Shown piece after piece: positions 1 through 10,415 of a stretch of DNA of 64,000 bases (positions within the stretch are counted from its first letter, which is position 1; each line of letters begins with the position of its first letter). The notes under the pieces are model-generated. The model was not told where the DNA came from and did no database searches. It saw only the letters and a program-made list of their open reading frames with translations. Origin of the DNA: an uncultured delta proteobacterium (lineage in GTDB: Bacteria; Myxococcota; Kuafuiibacteriia; Kuafuiibacteriales; Kuafuiibacteriaceae); assembly GCA_963803435.1 (NCBI GenBank), contig CAWDML010000001.1, positions 1,472,001 to 1,536,000 of the forward strand. Reading direction: 5' to 3'. The position numbers were made by a program, and so were the translations under genes.

Positions 1-2
1 CG

Positions 3-998
3 GACGACCGGTCGGTGATCACCGTGCGCTACGAGGCGCTGCGCCGCTTCCTCGAGGATCCGCTCCAGGGCTGGGCGCGGTTCGTCCTCGAGCTCCGGGA
101 CGAGGAGCAGATCGATCCCTTCGCGCGCGAGGACGAGCTGTTCTCCACCGGCGTGCTCTCGGGGACGATCGAGCTCCGGCGGGTGCTGATCGAGAAGTTC
201 CGGCTCGACGCAGAGAACGATCTGGCCGTGCCGCTGGAGACGCTCTACGACGCGCGCGCCGATCGGCTGGAGCTCGAGGGCCGGCTCCCCACCGGCGTGT
301 TCGGGCGGGCGGAGCGGGCCAAGCACAAGCGGATCCTGCTGGCGTGGCAGAAGCAGGTGCGCGACGCCCTCAACGGACGGGCCCAGCGGATCGACCCGGT
401 CCGCTTCGGTCGGGCACAGGAGCGCTCGGCCCTGGTGGAGACCGCGGATCCGATCCGGATCGAGGTCGACGTCGGCGGTCGAACCGCGACGGTCGAGATC
501 CACGGGCAGACGCAGGCTCTCTTGCGCGAGACACCCGGCTCGGTGACGCTGACCATGGGATCGCCACGAGGCAGCCGCACCCGTCTGTTCGAGCTGCGGG
601 GCTTCGTGGATCAAGTGATGCTCTCGGCGAGCGGACGCTCCGCGGAGGTGCCGTTCCGCTCGGTGGTGGCGTTCGGCGAGGACACGCCCTGGGTCACCGA
701 GTTCGCCCCGTTCTCCCGCGCGGAGGCGCAGGCCTACCTGCAAAGCCTGCTGGCGGATCTGCTCTCGGAGACGCACGCGTATCTACTCCCGTTCGGCACT
801 GTTCTCCAGCTGGAGAAGGCGGGGCGCGAGGGACGCCTGGGGCCGGCCCAGCTACAGCGGATCCTGGCGAACGCGCGCCACGACGACTACGGACCGCTCC
901 TCGATCCGAAGGTCGATCCGCCGCCCGTCGAGGACATCGATCGGATCCTGAAGACGCGCTTCGGCCCATACTTCGAGAAGCGGAGGGGCGGCTGGTGA
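3..998 (+). CDS. recC: Exodeoxyribonuclease V gamma subunit RecC, C-terminal part (5' end outside window)
   Basis: Frame open from the window edge; 'LRRFLEDPLQGWARFVLEL' resembles the RecC C-terminal domain; stop overlaps the recB start (GTGA at 995-998). Confidence 0.8.
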   Translation, partial: DDRSVITVRYEALRRFLEDPLQGWARFVLELRDEEQIDPFAREDELFSTGVLSGTIELRRVLIEKFRLDAENDLAVPLETLYDARADRLELEGRLPTGVFGRAERAKHKRILLAWQKQVRDALNGRAQRIDPVRFGRAQERSALVETADPIRIEVDVGGRTATVEIHGQTQALLRETPGSVTLTMGSPRGSRTRLFELRGFVDQVMLSASGRSAEVPFRSVVAFGEDTPWVTEFAPFSRAEAQAYLQSLLADLLSETHAYLLPFGTVLQLEKAGREGRLGPAQLQRILANARHDDYGPLLDPKVDPPPVEDIDRILKTRFGPYFEKRRGGW

Positions 999-3900
999 GC
1001 GACGCGCTCCACCCGAAGCCCCCGATCCTGGAGCAGGTGGCGGCGACGCGCCACGCGGTGCTCGAGGCGTCCGCCGGTACCGGCAAGACGTACGCGCTCG
1101 AGCACCTGGTGATCGAAGTGCTCCTCGAGACGCCGACCACGCTCGACGAGATCCTCGTGGTCACATTCACCGAGAAGGCCGCCGCCGAGCTCCGCCACCG
1201 CCTGCGGCGCAAGATCACCGAGATCTGTGAGAGCACCGCCCGTGCAACGCACGGAGCCCCTCACTGCTGGCTCATCGATTCGGCGGCGAGGAGGAAGCTG
1301 GGGCGGGCGCTGATGTCGTTCGACAGCGCCAGCATCTCGACGATCCATGCCTTCTGCCAGCGCGTGCTGGTGGAGAACGCGTTCGCGAACCTGCGCCTGT
1401 TCGAGCAGCGGTTGATCGACGGGCGGGCGGCCTTCTCGCGCGCTTTCCTCGACGTGCTTCGCGAGCATCTGGCGCGGGAGACCGAGCCGCGCTCGTACCT
1501 GGCCGGCTGGCTCGAGGAGCATGATCTCGACGAGCTGGAGTCGCTGCTCTACACGGTGCACGGGCGGCGGGGCGAGCTGCGGCCGGCCTTCTCGCGCAGC
1601 GGGCTGGCGAAGGCGGCGCGCCACCTGATGAGGCTCGACCTCCGGCCGCACGCGCTCAAGCCGGCGCTCAGGCGGGCGAGGCTCCCCGGCGCGACGGCGG
1701 AGGCGGTGCTGGCGCGGCTCGGCCTGCTGCGCCGGCATCTGACCGCGCTGGAGAAGTCGGAGGATCTGCCGGCGTTCCTGGCGGCGCTCGATCGGGAGGA
1801 GCGCGCGCACCAGCCTTTTCTCGCCTACGTGGAGGACAAGCTCGCCGAGGCCGTGACGCACCAGGGGCTACTGGCGCGCGTCCTCGAGGGGGTCCGTGCG
1901 CTGGTGGGGTCGGCGCCCACGTTCGAGTCCGCGATCGCGCAGGTGTTCCTGCCGCGGGTGGAGGCGTACCTATCGCACGGCAAGCGGCGGAGCGGACAGC
2001 TCGACTTCGACGACATGCTGGCGATGGTGAAGGACAGCCTCGACGGCCCCGAGGGCGAGACGCTGGCGAGGACCCTGCGCTCGCGCTTTCGCTACGCGAT
2101 GATCGACGAGTTTCAGGACACGGACGAGATCCAGTGGGCGATCTTCTCCCGGATCTTCGTGGAGGGCGAAGGCAGCCACCTCTACGTCATCGGCGATCCG
2201 AAGCAGGCCATCTACGCGTTCCGCGGCGCTGACGTGCACACGTATCTGTCCGCGAAGGAGACGATCGAGTCGATCGGCGGGCGCACGGTGCATCTGGTGG
2301 AGAACCATCGCTCGGCGCGGCCGATGCTGGAGGCGCTCAACGTCCTCCTCGATCAGACGGCGGCCGACCCGTTCTTCACCGGCGAGATCCGGTACGACCA
2401 CCCGGTGGTCTGCGGGCGTCGCGGCTTCGACGGTCTGGTCAGCGGTGGCGAGCGGCTCTCGCCGATCCATCTCTTCCAGGTGGTGCCCGCCGAGGAGAAG
2501 CTGAGCGCGTCCTCGGCTCGGAACACGCTCGCCCGGCGCATCGCCGCCGAGATCAGAGCGCTGCTGGACGCGCCGCACACCGGCCTCACCGAGGGGGACC
2601 GCTTCGATCCGCTCTCGGCCAGCGACATCTTCATCTTGACCCGCAGCGGTCGGGAGGGCCTCGAGGTTGCGCGCCACCTCCGGAGGGCCAAGGTGCCCTA
2701 CACGTTCTACAAGCAGGACGGCCTGTTCCAGACCGGAGAGGCCCGCGACGTCCGCTCGTTGCTGCTCGCGATCGCCGATCCGCACCGGCGCGAACGCAGG
2801 TTCCGGGCCTGGCAGACGCCGTTCTTCGCGGTCCCGCTGGAGAGCCTGCTCGATTGCCGCGATCTGCCCGGCACGCACCCGCTGGTGGAGACGCTGTTCG
2901 TGTGGAAGGCGCTCGCGGACGCCAAGGAGTACCATCGCCTGTTCACCAGCATCATCGACGGCTCCGGGATTGTCGAGCGCGAGCTCTTCTCCAAGGCGGG
3001 CGAGCGCGAGCTCACCAACTATCTCCACATCTTCGAGCTGCTCCTCGAAGAGGCGAACCGGACGCGTGCCACGCTGGGCGAGCTGATCGCGGTGCTCAGC
3101 TCGTTCATCGAGCAACGACGCTTTCCCGAGGGCGAGGAGGGCAACGTTCAGCGCGTCGAGTCGGAGCGCGACGCCGTGCAGATCATGACGATGCACAAGG
3201 CGAAGGGCCTCGAGGCGGCGGTCGTGTTCCTCTACGGCGGTCTCGACGAGGTGTCCGAGAGCGCGCACCTCTACCACGAGGGCCGCAAGCGCTGCCTCTA
3301 TCTGGGGAAGAGCCCGCCGGCCGAGGCACGCGTGGAGTCGCGCGAGGAGAACGAGCGCCTCCTGTACGTGAGCATGACGCGCCCGAAGGCGCGCCTCTAC
3401 CTGCCGTACTTCGGCTTTACGGCGGGCGTGGACGGCGGCGGGCCGGAGCGGGTCCTGCGGAACCTCTCGGGATCGTACGGCGAGCTGAACCGGGTGCTCG
3501 ATCGGATCGAGCCGATCATCGGGGACCTCGGCGGCCTGTTCACGATCGAGCGCGTCGAGGAGGCGCCGCGGCGGGATCCGATCGATCCGCCCGAGGAGCT
3601 CGAGCGGGTCGGCGGCTGGCAGCCGCCGCCGGAGCTCCTGGTGCCGCCGGGTCCGCGCCCCGATCTCGACCAGCTCCGCCAGCGGGCGCTGGGGTTCGTG
3701 GTCACCTCGTACTCGCGGATCAAGGCGGAGAAGGGCGGCTATCACGGACCGGACGCGACGTTCGAGCCGGAGACGATCGAGCAGATCGTGGAGGACATCG
3801 ACACGCTGGTGCCCGAGCTGGCGCCCCCGGCGGAGCTCCCGGCCGGAGCCGAGGTGGGCCGCTTCATCCACGAGCTGCTGGAGCTGATCCCGCTCGAGGT

Positions 3901-4477
3901 GGTGGCGCTCGGCGAGGCGGCGCTGGCCGATGATCCCGAGGTGCGCGCGCTCTTCGAGCGGACGCTCCATCGCTACGGCTTCGACCCCAAGGTCCTGCCC
4001 CACGCCTACGATCTGATCTACCGGTCGTACGCGGGACCGCTGGCGCTCGGGGATCGACTGCTGCCGGGCGTCACGGCCGCGGATCGCGTGGTGCGCGAGA
4101 TGGAGTTTCTCTACCCCATCCCGGGCGGTCGCGGCCGTGGGTTCATCAAGGGCTTCATCGACCTCATCTTCGAGTGGAACGGCAAGATCTACGTGGCCGA
4201 CTGGAAGAGCGACCTCCTGCCTGGGTACTCGCGCGCCGAGCTGATCCCGCACGTCGAGGAGAACTATTCCCTGCAGGCGGAGCTCTACACGCTGGCGATG
4301 GTGAAGCTGTTCGAGCTGGGAACCCGCGAACGCTTCGAGCGTCGCTTCGGCGGCACCGCGTACTGCTTCGTGCGCGGCATGGGCAAGGCGGGGAGCGGTG
4401 AGATGGGCGTGCACTTCATCCCTCCCGACTTCGAGGCCGTCCGCGAGACCGAGCGCAAGCTGGCGGAGGAGCTGTGA
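995..4477 (+). CDS. recB: Exodeoxyribonuclease V beta subunit RecB (UvrD-type helicase + PD-(D/E)xK nuclease)
   Basis: Motifs EASAGTGKT, VTFTEKAA, IDEFQDTD, IGDPKQAIYAFRGAD, MTMHKAKGLE, ERLLYV; nuclease GFIDLIF...ADWKS. Start placed at GTG 995 inside ORF 344..4477. Confidence 0.93.
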   Translation: MSDALHPKPPILEQVAATRHAVLEASAGTGKTYALEHLVIEVLLETPTTLDEILVVTFTEKAAAELRHRLRRKITEICESTARATHGAPHCWLIDSAARRKLGRALMSFDSASISTIHAFCQRVLVENAFANLRLFEQRLIDGRAAFSRAFLDVLREHLARETEPRSYLAGWLEEHDLDELESLLYTVHGRRGELRPAFSRSGLAKAARHLMRLDLRPHALKPALRRARLPGATAEAVLARLGLLRRHLTALEKSEDLPAFLAALDREERAHQPFLAYVEDKLAEAVTHQGLLARVLEGVRALVGSAPTFESAIAQVFLPRVEAYLSHGKRRSGQLDFDDMLAMVKDSLDGPEGETLARTLRSRFRYAMIDEFQDTDEIQWAIFSRIFVEGEGSHLYVIGDPKQAIYAFRGADVHTYLSAKETIESIGGRTVHLVENHRSARPMLEALNVLLDQTAADPFFTGEIRYDHPVVCGRRGFDGLVSGGERLSPIHLFQVVPAEEKLSASSARNTLARRIAAEIRALLDAPHTGLTEGDRFDPLSASDIFILTRSGREGLEVARHLRRAKVPYTFYKQDGLFQTGEARDVRSLLLAIADPHRRERRFRAWQTPFFAVPLESLLDCRDLPGTHPLVETLFVWKALADAKEYHRLFTSIIDGSGIVERELFSKAGERELTNYLHIFELLLEEANRTRATLGELIAVLSSFIEQRRFPEGEEGNVQRVESERDAVQIMTMHKAKGLEAAVVFLYGGLDEVSESAHLYHEGRKRCLYLGKSPPAEARVESREENERLLYVSMTRPKARLYLPYFGFTAGVDGGGPERVLRNLSGSYGELNRVLDRIEPIIGDLGGLFTIERVEEAPRRDPIDPPEELERVGGWQPPPELLVPPGPRPDLDQLRQRALGFVVTSYSRIKAEKGGYHGPDATFEPETIEQIVEDIDTLVPELAPPAELPAGAEVGRFIHELLELIPLEVVALGEAALADDPEVRALFERTLHRYGFDPKVLPHAYDLIYRSYAGPLALGDRLLPGVTAADRVVREMEFLYPIPGGRGRGFIKGFIDLIFEWNGKIYVADWKSDLLPGYSRAELIPHVEENYSLQAELYTLAMVKLFELGTRERFERRFGGTAYCFVRGMGKAGSGEMGVHFIPPDFEAVRETERKLAEEL

Positions 4478-6348
4478 GAACGCGCTTCGAGCTGCGCAGC
4501 AAGGATCCCGACTCGGAGGCTCCGCCCGAGCTGGTCGAGCTGGCCCGTGAGCTGGTCCGGCTGGAGCCCTCGCTCGACGACGCGGATCGCCCGATCCTGA
4601 TCCGCACCGTGGTGGCCGCGCTGGCAGCGCTCGAGAACGGGAGCACGCGGCTGCCGATCACGGAGCTCGAGACGGCCTCGGCGCTGCTGCGCGCGCCGGC
4701 GCTGGTATCGAAGGATCCCGCGGCGTACACGCCGATGATCTTCGACGGCGAGCACCTCTACCTGCAGCGGATGTTGATGCTCGAGCGGCGGTTCGCGGAG
4801 AGCTTCGCCGCGAAGGTCGTCGCCGCCGGCCCCGACCTCGAGCACAGCGCGGTGCGGCGCGCGGTCGACGAGGTGCGCTTCCATCCGCTCCCACTGTCCG
4901 ACGAGCAGGCTGCGGCCGTGGAGAAGGCGGTGTCCGACGGCCTGACCGTCATCTCGGGCGGGCCGGGAACCGGAAAGACCTCGATCGTGCTGGCGCTGCT
5001 CCGCGTGCTCGTGCGGATCGGTGTGGAGCCGGAGCAGATCGGGCTCTCGGCCCCCACGGGCAAGGCCGCTAACCGGATGGACGAATCGATCCGGCGACAC
5101 CTCGAGCGGATCGAGGCCAAGGATCCGGCTGACACCGAGCTCTCGCTCCGGTGTCCCCGCGCGCAGACGCTCCACCGGATGCTGGGCTTCAGCCCCAAGG
5201 ATGCCTCGTTCCGCCACCACGAGGAGAACCGCCTGGCGCAACAGGTGGTGATCGTCGACGAGAGCTCGATGATCGATCTGGTGCTGATGGAGCAACTGCT
5301 CCGGTCCGTTCGACCCGACGCGCGGTTGGTGCTGCTGGGCGACGTGGAGCAGCTGCCGTCCGTCGAGGCGGGCGCGGTGCTCCGCGACATCCGCGAGGCC
5401 GGGCTGCCCTCGATCACGCTGAAGAAGAGCTTCCGCATGGACGAGGCCGATCCGGGTGGCCGCTCGATCATGAGGGCGGCGCGGGCCATGAACGCGGGCG
5501 ACGCGCCGGCGCTGCTCGAGGAGCTACGGATCGTCGATCGACCCGAGCAGCTGAGCTTCTCCGGGATCGAGCTGCTCGAGGCTCACGGCGACGGGCGCGC
5601 GCTCCTCGTCGGCTTTCTCGAGCGGTTCTACCGGGAGCGGATCGCGGCGCACCGGGATTGGCTGCGGCTCTCGCGGCATCACTATCGGTTCTCGGAGGCG
5701 GCGTTCGTCGACGAGGACCGCGCCGATCTCGACGCGATCTTCGCGCACCAGGCCTGCTTCAAGCTGCTGGCGGTCACGCGCGAGCGCGCCTTCAGCGGGG
5801 CGACGTCGCTCAACGAGAGCATCCACCGCATGGTGCTCCGCGACCTGAAGGTCCCCGCCGCACCGTTCCTCCAGGGTGAGCCGGCGATGATGACGAAGAA
5901 CGACTACGAGCGCGGGCTGTTCAACGGCGACCAAGGCGTCATCCTGTCGGTGCTCTCGGAGGGCCGCCCGCACGCGATGGCGATCTTCCGCACGGCCGCC
6001 GGCTATGAGCCGTTTCACCTGCAGGCGCTCAGGAAGGATCTCTCGCTGGCCCACGCGATGACGGTGCACAAGTCACAGGGATCGGAGTTCGATCAGGTGG
6101 GTGTGATCCTGCCCGAGGTGGAGATCCCGCTCATCACGCGGGAGCTCCTGTATACCGCGGTCACCCGGGCGCGACGGGCGGTCACCATCGTGGGACCGCG
6201 CGCACCGCTCCTGGCCGCGATCGGGCGCCGGGTGGAGCGCCATTCGGGTCTCTCCGAAAAAATGAGGGCCGCGCTGCAACGCCATGACAGAGCTGTCGCG
6301 GCACCCCGGTCGATCGCGCCACAACCTCCCGGGGATGATTCAACCTGA
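4474..6348 (+). CDS. recD: Exodeoxyribonuclease V alpha subunit RecD
   Basis: SGGPGTGKT, APTGKAA, VDESSMID, LGDVEQLPSVEAG, AMTVHKSQGSEF, RELLYTAVTRAR; overlaps the recB stop. Confidence 0.94.
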   Translation: MRTRFELRSKDPDSEAPPELVELARELVRLEPSLDDADRPILIRTVVAALAALENGSTRLPITELETASALLRAPALVSKDPAAYTPMIFDGEHLYLQRMLMLERRFAESFAAKVVAAGPDLEHSAVRRAVDEVRFHPLPLSDEQAAAVEKAVSDGLTVISGGPGTGKTSIVLALLRVLVRIGVEPEQIGLSAPTGKAANRMDESIRRHLERIEAKDPADTELSLRCPRAQTLHRMLGFSPKDASFRHHEENRLAQQVVIVDESSMIDLVLMEQLLRSVRPDARLVLLGDVEQLPSVEAGAVLRDIREAGLPSITLKKSFRMDEADPGGRSIMRAARAMNAGDAPALLEELRIVDRPEQLSFSGIELLEAHGDGRALLVGFLERFYRERIAAHRDWLRLSRHHYRFSEAAFVDEDRADLDAIFAHQACFKLLAVTRERAFSGATSLNESIHRMVLRDLKVPAAPFLQGEPAMMTKNDYERGLFNGDQGVILSVLSEGRPHAMAIFRTAAGYEPFHLQALRKDLSLAHAMTVHKSQGSEFDQVGVILPEVEIPLITRELLYTAVTRARRAVTIVGPRAPLLAAIGRRVERHSGLSEKMRAALQRHDRAVAAPRSIAPQPPGDDST

Positions 6349-6354
6349 TCCCGC

Positions 6355-6370
6355 CGGCACGGAAGCTGCG
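6355..6370 (+). promoter_or_regulatory. Putative sigma54 (-24/-12) promoter
   Basis: CGGCACGGAAGCTGCG = GG-N10-GC with a GGCACG core, ending 15 nt before ATG 6386. Confidence 0.4.
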
Positions 6371-6385
6371 TTCTCTCCCCAGACG

Positions 6386-6580
6386 ATGGCAACGCTGCTG
6401 AAGATCCTGTTCTTCCTGGTCACCATCTTGCTGCCCGGCGGGATGGTCCTGATCCCGCTGTATTTTCTCCTGCGCCGGCGCAGCCGCCCCGAGCTCGACT
6501 TCAGCGAGCACCGCCGCCGCGTGCCAATCACGCGTGACTACCGCGAGCGGTTGATCGTATCCAAGCGCCTGCGGGCGTGA
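6386..6580 (+). CDS. Small membrane protein (64 aa)
   Basis: MATLLKILFFLVTILLPGGMVLIPLYFLLRRR: hydrophobic segment then basic tail; stop overlaps the rsmE start (GTGA). Confidence 0.6.
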   Translation: MATLLKILFFLVTILLPGGMVLIPLYFLLRRRSRPELDFSEHRRRVPITRDYRERLIVSKRLRA

Positions 6581-7308
6581 ACCTGATCCTCCTCTTCGAG
6601 ACCGATCGCCTGGAGCGTGATCGCTTCCGTATCGCCGGCGCCCGAGCCCAACACATCGAGAAGGTCCTGGGTGCCCGAGCGGGCGACTCCGTCCGCGTGG
6701 GTCTGCTCGAGGGTCCGCTCGGCCGCGCGCGCGTGGCGTCGATCGAGGGGGCGGCGGTCGAGCTCGAGTGTTCGTTCGAGGAGGAGGTCGCGCCGCGTCC
6801 TCTCGTGGATCTGATCCTGGCCGTGCCGCGACCGAAGTCGCTCAAGAAGCTCCTGCCCGAGATCACCGCCCTCGGCGTCGATCGGTTGATCCTTCTTCGC
6901 ACGTGGCGCGTCGCCAAGCCCTATCTCTCCACGGCGATCATGGCGCCCGCACGCCACCAGCCGTTACTCCACGACGGGATGATGCAGGCGATGACCACGC
7001 GGCGACCGACCGTCAGCGTCGAGCCGCTGTTCAAGCCGTTCGTCGAGGACCGGCTCGCCGCGATGGGCGGGATCAAGCTGGCCGCGCACCCGTACGCGAC
7101 CACGGCGATGCACCAGGTCTCCCTCAGTCTGGCGGAGCGCGTGACGCTGGTGGTCGGCCCCGAGGGCGGGCTCCTCCCCTACGAGATCGAGGCGCTCGAG
7201 AGAGCCGGTTGTCGCGCGGTCAACCTGGGTCCGCGCCTCCTTCGCGTCGAGACCGCCTGCGTGGCGCTGTTGGCGCAGATCGCCCTGCTCCGGGCGATCG
7301 CGCGGTGA
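6577..7308 (+). CDS. rsmE: 16S rRNA m3U1498 methyltransferase RsmE
   Basis: HIEKVL..., LAVPRPK, SPOUT motifs VVGPEGG and LGPRLLRVETA. Confidence 0.9.
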   Translation: MNLILLFETDRLERDRFRIAGARAQHIEKVLGARAGDSVRVGLLEGPLGRARVASIEGAAVELECSFEEEVAPRPLVDLILAVPRPKSLKKLLPEITALGVDRLILLRTWRVAKPYLSTAIMAPARHQPLLHDGMMQAMTTRRPTVSVEPLFKPFVEDRLAAMGGIKLAAHPYATTAMHQVSLSLAERVTLVVGPEGGLLPYEIEALERAGCRAVNLGPRLLRVETACVALLAQIALLRAIAR

Positions 7309-9201
7309 TCACGACTGGCTGTCCCGCTCGTGGTGGTGCGAGGTACCGCCGGTCGCACGCGTCTTGGCGATCGCGCGCTCGGACACCAGCTCCCGGGCCT
7401 CTCCCTCGATCGTCGAGAGCTGGCGCGCCGTCGAGATCAGCGCCACGTGCGTGAACGCCTGCGGGAAATTGCCGAGCATCAGCCCACTGTCGGGATCGTA
7501 CTCCTCCGAGTAGAGACCGACGTCGTTGGCGAGCCCGAGCAGGGAGCGGAACAGCGCATCGGCGCGATCGATCTGTCCCTGCATGGCGAGCACGTCGGCC
7601 ATCCAGAAGGAGGTCATGAGGAAGGCGCCCTCGCCTCCTTCGACGCCGTCGTCGGTGTTCTCGTTGCGATAGCGCGCCAGCAGACGACCACGTCCGAGGT
7701 CCTCCTGGATCGCCTTCACGGTCGCGACCATCCTTGGATCCTTCGCCTGGATGAAGCCGACCATCGGCAGCCTGAGGAGGCTCGCGTCGACCTCCTTGCT
7801 GCCGTAGGCCTGGACGAAGCAGCCGCGCGAAGCATCGAAGCCGTGCGTCATCACGCTCTCGCGGATCATGGCCTGCTCGGTTCGCCAGCGCTCGAGATCG
7901 CAGCGCAGGCCGGCGCGCGCCGCCTGGATCCCGCGCTCGAGCGCCACCCAGCACATCACCTTCGAATAGACGTGATGGAGCGGATCGCCGCGGGACTCCC
8001 ACATCCCTTGATCGGGCTCGCGCCAGCGCCGGCAGGTCTCGTCGATCACGCTGCGCAGAAACTCCCATCCATCGCCGGTGATGCGGTGACCGATCGTCTC
8101 CCAGAGGTGGGCAGCGTCGAGGAGCTCGCCGTAGACGTCGAGCTGGAACTGGGCGGCAGCCGCGTTTCCCCTGCGCACCGGACGAGAGCCGCGGTAACCC
8201 GTGAGGGACTCGAGCGCTTCCTCCCGCACGTGCCGCTCGCCGTAGCACCCGTACATGATCTGCAGGCCGTCGACCCGACCCGCGGTGCTGCGCTCGATGA
8301 AGTGCTTGAAGCCGGTGGCGGCCTCGGGCTGGCCCACGGCGAGGAGCGCAGCCAGCGTCATGGTCGCGTCGCGCACCCACGCGTAGCGATAGTCCCAGTT
8401 GCGAGAGCCACCGATCGACTCGGGCAGCGAGGTGGTGGGCGCCGCGATGATCGCTCCAGTGGGAGCGCACGTGAGCAGCTTGAGGACCAGCGACGAACGT
8501 TTGGTGACGTCGCCGAACTCGCCCTCGTAGTGCCCGCGTGCGATCCAGCGGCGCCACCACTCGATCGTGGTGTCGAGCCGCTGATCGAGCTCCTCGGCAG
8601 ACAGTCGGGTCAGGCTCATCTCGTGGGGAGGATAGGCCACCAGAGAGAGCCGGGAGCGCTGGCCGGCCCGGACGTCGATGGTGCCGGACAACACGCCGGC
8701 AGCCCGATCGATCGAGAGCGCGGCGTCCGATATGAGGACGAAGGCGTCGTCGCCTCCGACACCCGTGAAGACGCGGTGCTCTGGGTGCCATCGAAGCCAG
8801 GGAGAGAGGCTCGCGTAGTCGAAGCGAGGCTCGACGATCACGTCGAAGCAGACCTCACCGCGCAGACCCTCCACCACCCGCAGCAGCTGGCGAAACGGAT
8901 GCTTCCGCCCGCCTCGCCGCATGGTGAAACAGTCGAGCAGCCGGGCGGTGCCCGAGCCGGTCCGGAACGTCGTCTCGAGGACGTTGGTGTCGTCGAGGTA
9001 GCGCCGGCTCACGCCGCGAAGGTCGCGTGGGACGATCGCGCATCGTCCCCCGCGGGCCGGGTCGAGGAGTCCCGCGAAGAGCGCACCGCTGTCGAAGCGG
9101 CGTACGCAGGCCCAATCGATCGTGCCGTCGCGCCGGACCAGCGCGGCGCCGTGGCAGTCGCCGATCAAGGCGTAGTCGGCGATCGGTGCATTCGAGCCCA
9201 T
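7309..9201 (-). CDS. Glycoside hydrolase family 15 (glucoamylase/trehalase-like)
   Basis: PIADYALIGDC, AAPTTSLPE, NWDYRYAWVRDA, GLYSEE, GNFPQAFTH; start set at MGSNAP (9201). Confidence 0.9.
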   Translation of the reverse strand: MGSNAPIADYALIGDCHGAALVRRDGTIDWACVRRFDSGALFAGLLDPARGGRCAIVPRDLRGVSRRYLDDTNVLETTFRTGSGTARLLDCFTMRRGGRKHPFRQLLRVVEGLRGEVCFDVIVEPRFDYASLSPWLRWHPEHRVFTGVGGDDAFVLISDAALSIDRAAGVLSGTIDVRAGQRSRLSLVAYPPHEMSLTRLSAEELDQRLDTTIEWWRRWIARGHYEGEFGDVTKRSSLVLKLLTCAPTGAIIAAPTTSLPESIGGSRNWDYRYAWVRDATMTLAALLAVGQPEAATGFKHFIERSTAGRVDGLQIMYGCYGERHVREEALESLTGYRGSRPVRRGNAAAAQFQLDVYGELLDAAHLWETIGHRITGDGWEFLRSVIDETCRRWREPDQGMWESRGDPLHHVYSKVMCWVALERGIQAARAGLRCDLERWRTEQAMIRESVMTHGFDASRGCFVQAYGSKEVDASLLRLPMVGFIQAKDPRMVATVKAIQEDLGRGRLLARYRNENTDDGVEGGEGAFLMTSFWMADVLAMQGQIDRADALFRSLLGLANDVGLYSEEYDPDSGLMLGNFPQAFTHVALISTARQLSTIEGEARELVSERAIAKTRATGGTSHHHERDSQS

Positions 9202-9287
9202 CGATCGAGATCGTGGGTGTTCGGGCCCATCCCCACAAGCGGTGCACACCGCGGCAGGTCGCCCCAGCAAGGCAGAGTGCCTTGCGG

Positions 9288-10379
9288 TCAGGCGTTGTTG
9301 ACGAGCGTGTAGTTGAAGCCGTTGCCGCCGACCGCCGCCAGGAAGCCCTGGAACTGATCGGGCGCGAACGTCTGGCATCCCGCGCTACCGACGAAGTCGG
9401 TCCCACCGACGTGGAAGAGCATCGAGTTGGCGCCACCGCTCGACGCCCCGCCGTCGTTGCCGAAGACCCCATCGGCGTTCGTATCGCGGTCGACCTGAGC
9501 GTCGCCCTGCATGGCGAAGGCCGGGTTGCCCTTGTAGGTGGTCGGCTCGTAGCGATAGTTGCCGGGCTTGAGGCGACCTTGATCGAGCGTGCCGTTACCG
9601 TCCGCGTCGTCGCCCATCGAGCCCCGGTAGTGGGCCACCGGCTCGGTGTTCGAGCGGAACTCTTGCGCGTGCTTGTCTCCGTTCGCGTCCTGCCACACCA
9701 CCGCCGTCACGTCGTCGTATGCGCCGTTGCCACCGTTGGTGTCCGCGTCCGTGGGGTTTCGGATCGCGATGACGTTTCGACCGTTGGCGTCGAGCTTGCC
9801 GCCGTTCTGCTCGATCAAGCTCTTGTAGTGATCGAACTTCTCCGCCTCGCTCATGTTCTTCGTGTCTTTGTTGACCGGCCCTTTCGTGGGTCCCACGGTC
9901 GGGCCCGAGCCGGCGGGCGCCGTGCTCGTCGACGGGCCCGAACCGCCCGTGCTCATGCCGCCGGCGGGATTGGTGGCGCCGCCGCCGCTCCAGCTGGCCG
10001 GTTGAGCGCTGTAGTTGCTCGGCGAGCTGAGGTGGCCGATCGGCGCGGGACGCGTGATCTTCTTGTTTGCGTCCGGTCCTCCGCTCTGGATCCAGTCGAT
10101 GAGCGCGGCGAGCATGTCCTGCGACGACATCCCGTTGGTATTGAAGTTGGGACGCGGCAGGCCGTTCATGTCTCCACCGCTGGTGTTGAGCATCTTCAGA
10201 AGCTGCTCGAGCTCCTGCTGCGAGTCGATCCCATCGCGAAGCTTGGGGTCGTTCTGCGCGACCTTCGCGATGTCGGGCCCGAGCTTGTCGAGCCCGATCG
10301 AGCCGCCCTCGGCGAAGGGGTCCCCCTGGAGATAGGGGAGAAGAGAGGTGAGGGAGAGATCCGATGAGATGCCAACCAC
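9288..10379 (-). CDS. Hypothetical protein: low-complexity N-terminus + C-terminal L,D-transpeptidase-like (His/Cys) domain
   Basis: Coding-like codon usage; G/S/P/T-rich linker; C-terminal motif FHVGGTDFVGSAGCQT. Confidence 0.7.
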   Translation of the reverse strand: MVGISSDLSLTSLLPYLQGDPFAEGGSIGLDKLGPDIAKVAQNDPKLRDGIDSQQELEQLLKMLNTSGGDMNGLPRPNFNTNGMSSQDMLAALIDWIQSGGPDANKKITRPAPIGHLSSPSNYSAQPASWSGGGATNPAGGMSTGGSGPSTSTAPAGSGPTVGPTKGPVNKDTKNMSEAEKFDHYKSLIEQNGGKLDANGRNVIAIRNPTDADTNGGNGAYDDVTAVVWQDANGDKHAQEFRSNTEPVAHYRGSMGDDADGNGTLDQGRLKPGNYRYEPTTYKGNPAFAMQGDAQVDRDTNADGVFGNDGGASSGGANSMLFHVGGTDFVGSAGCQTFAPDQFQGFLAAVGGNGFNYTLVNNA

Positions 10380-10415
10380 GGAGATGAGGGTAGCGGTGAA
10401 GGTGCAGGCCTTCAG

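Noticed and set aside
344-994. 217-aa N-terminal extension of RecB in the ORF track
   Set aside because: Overlaps recC in another frame and has Arg/Gly/Pro shadow composition; RecB motifs start after GTG 995
3361-3400. RecB motif VI reads TRP instead of TRA
   Set aside because: Single-base difference in an error-prone sequence; not interpretable
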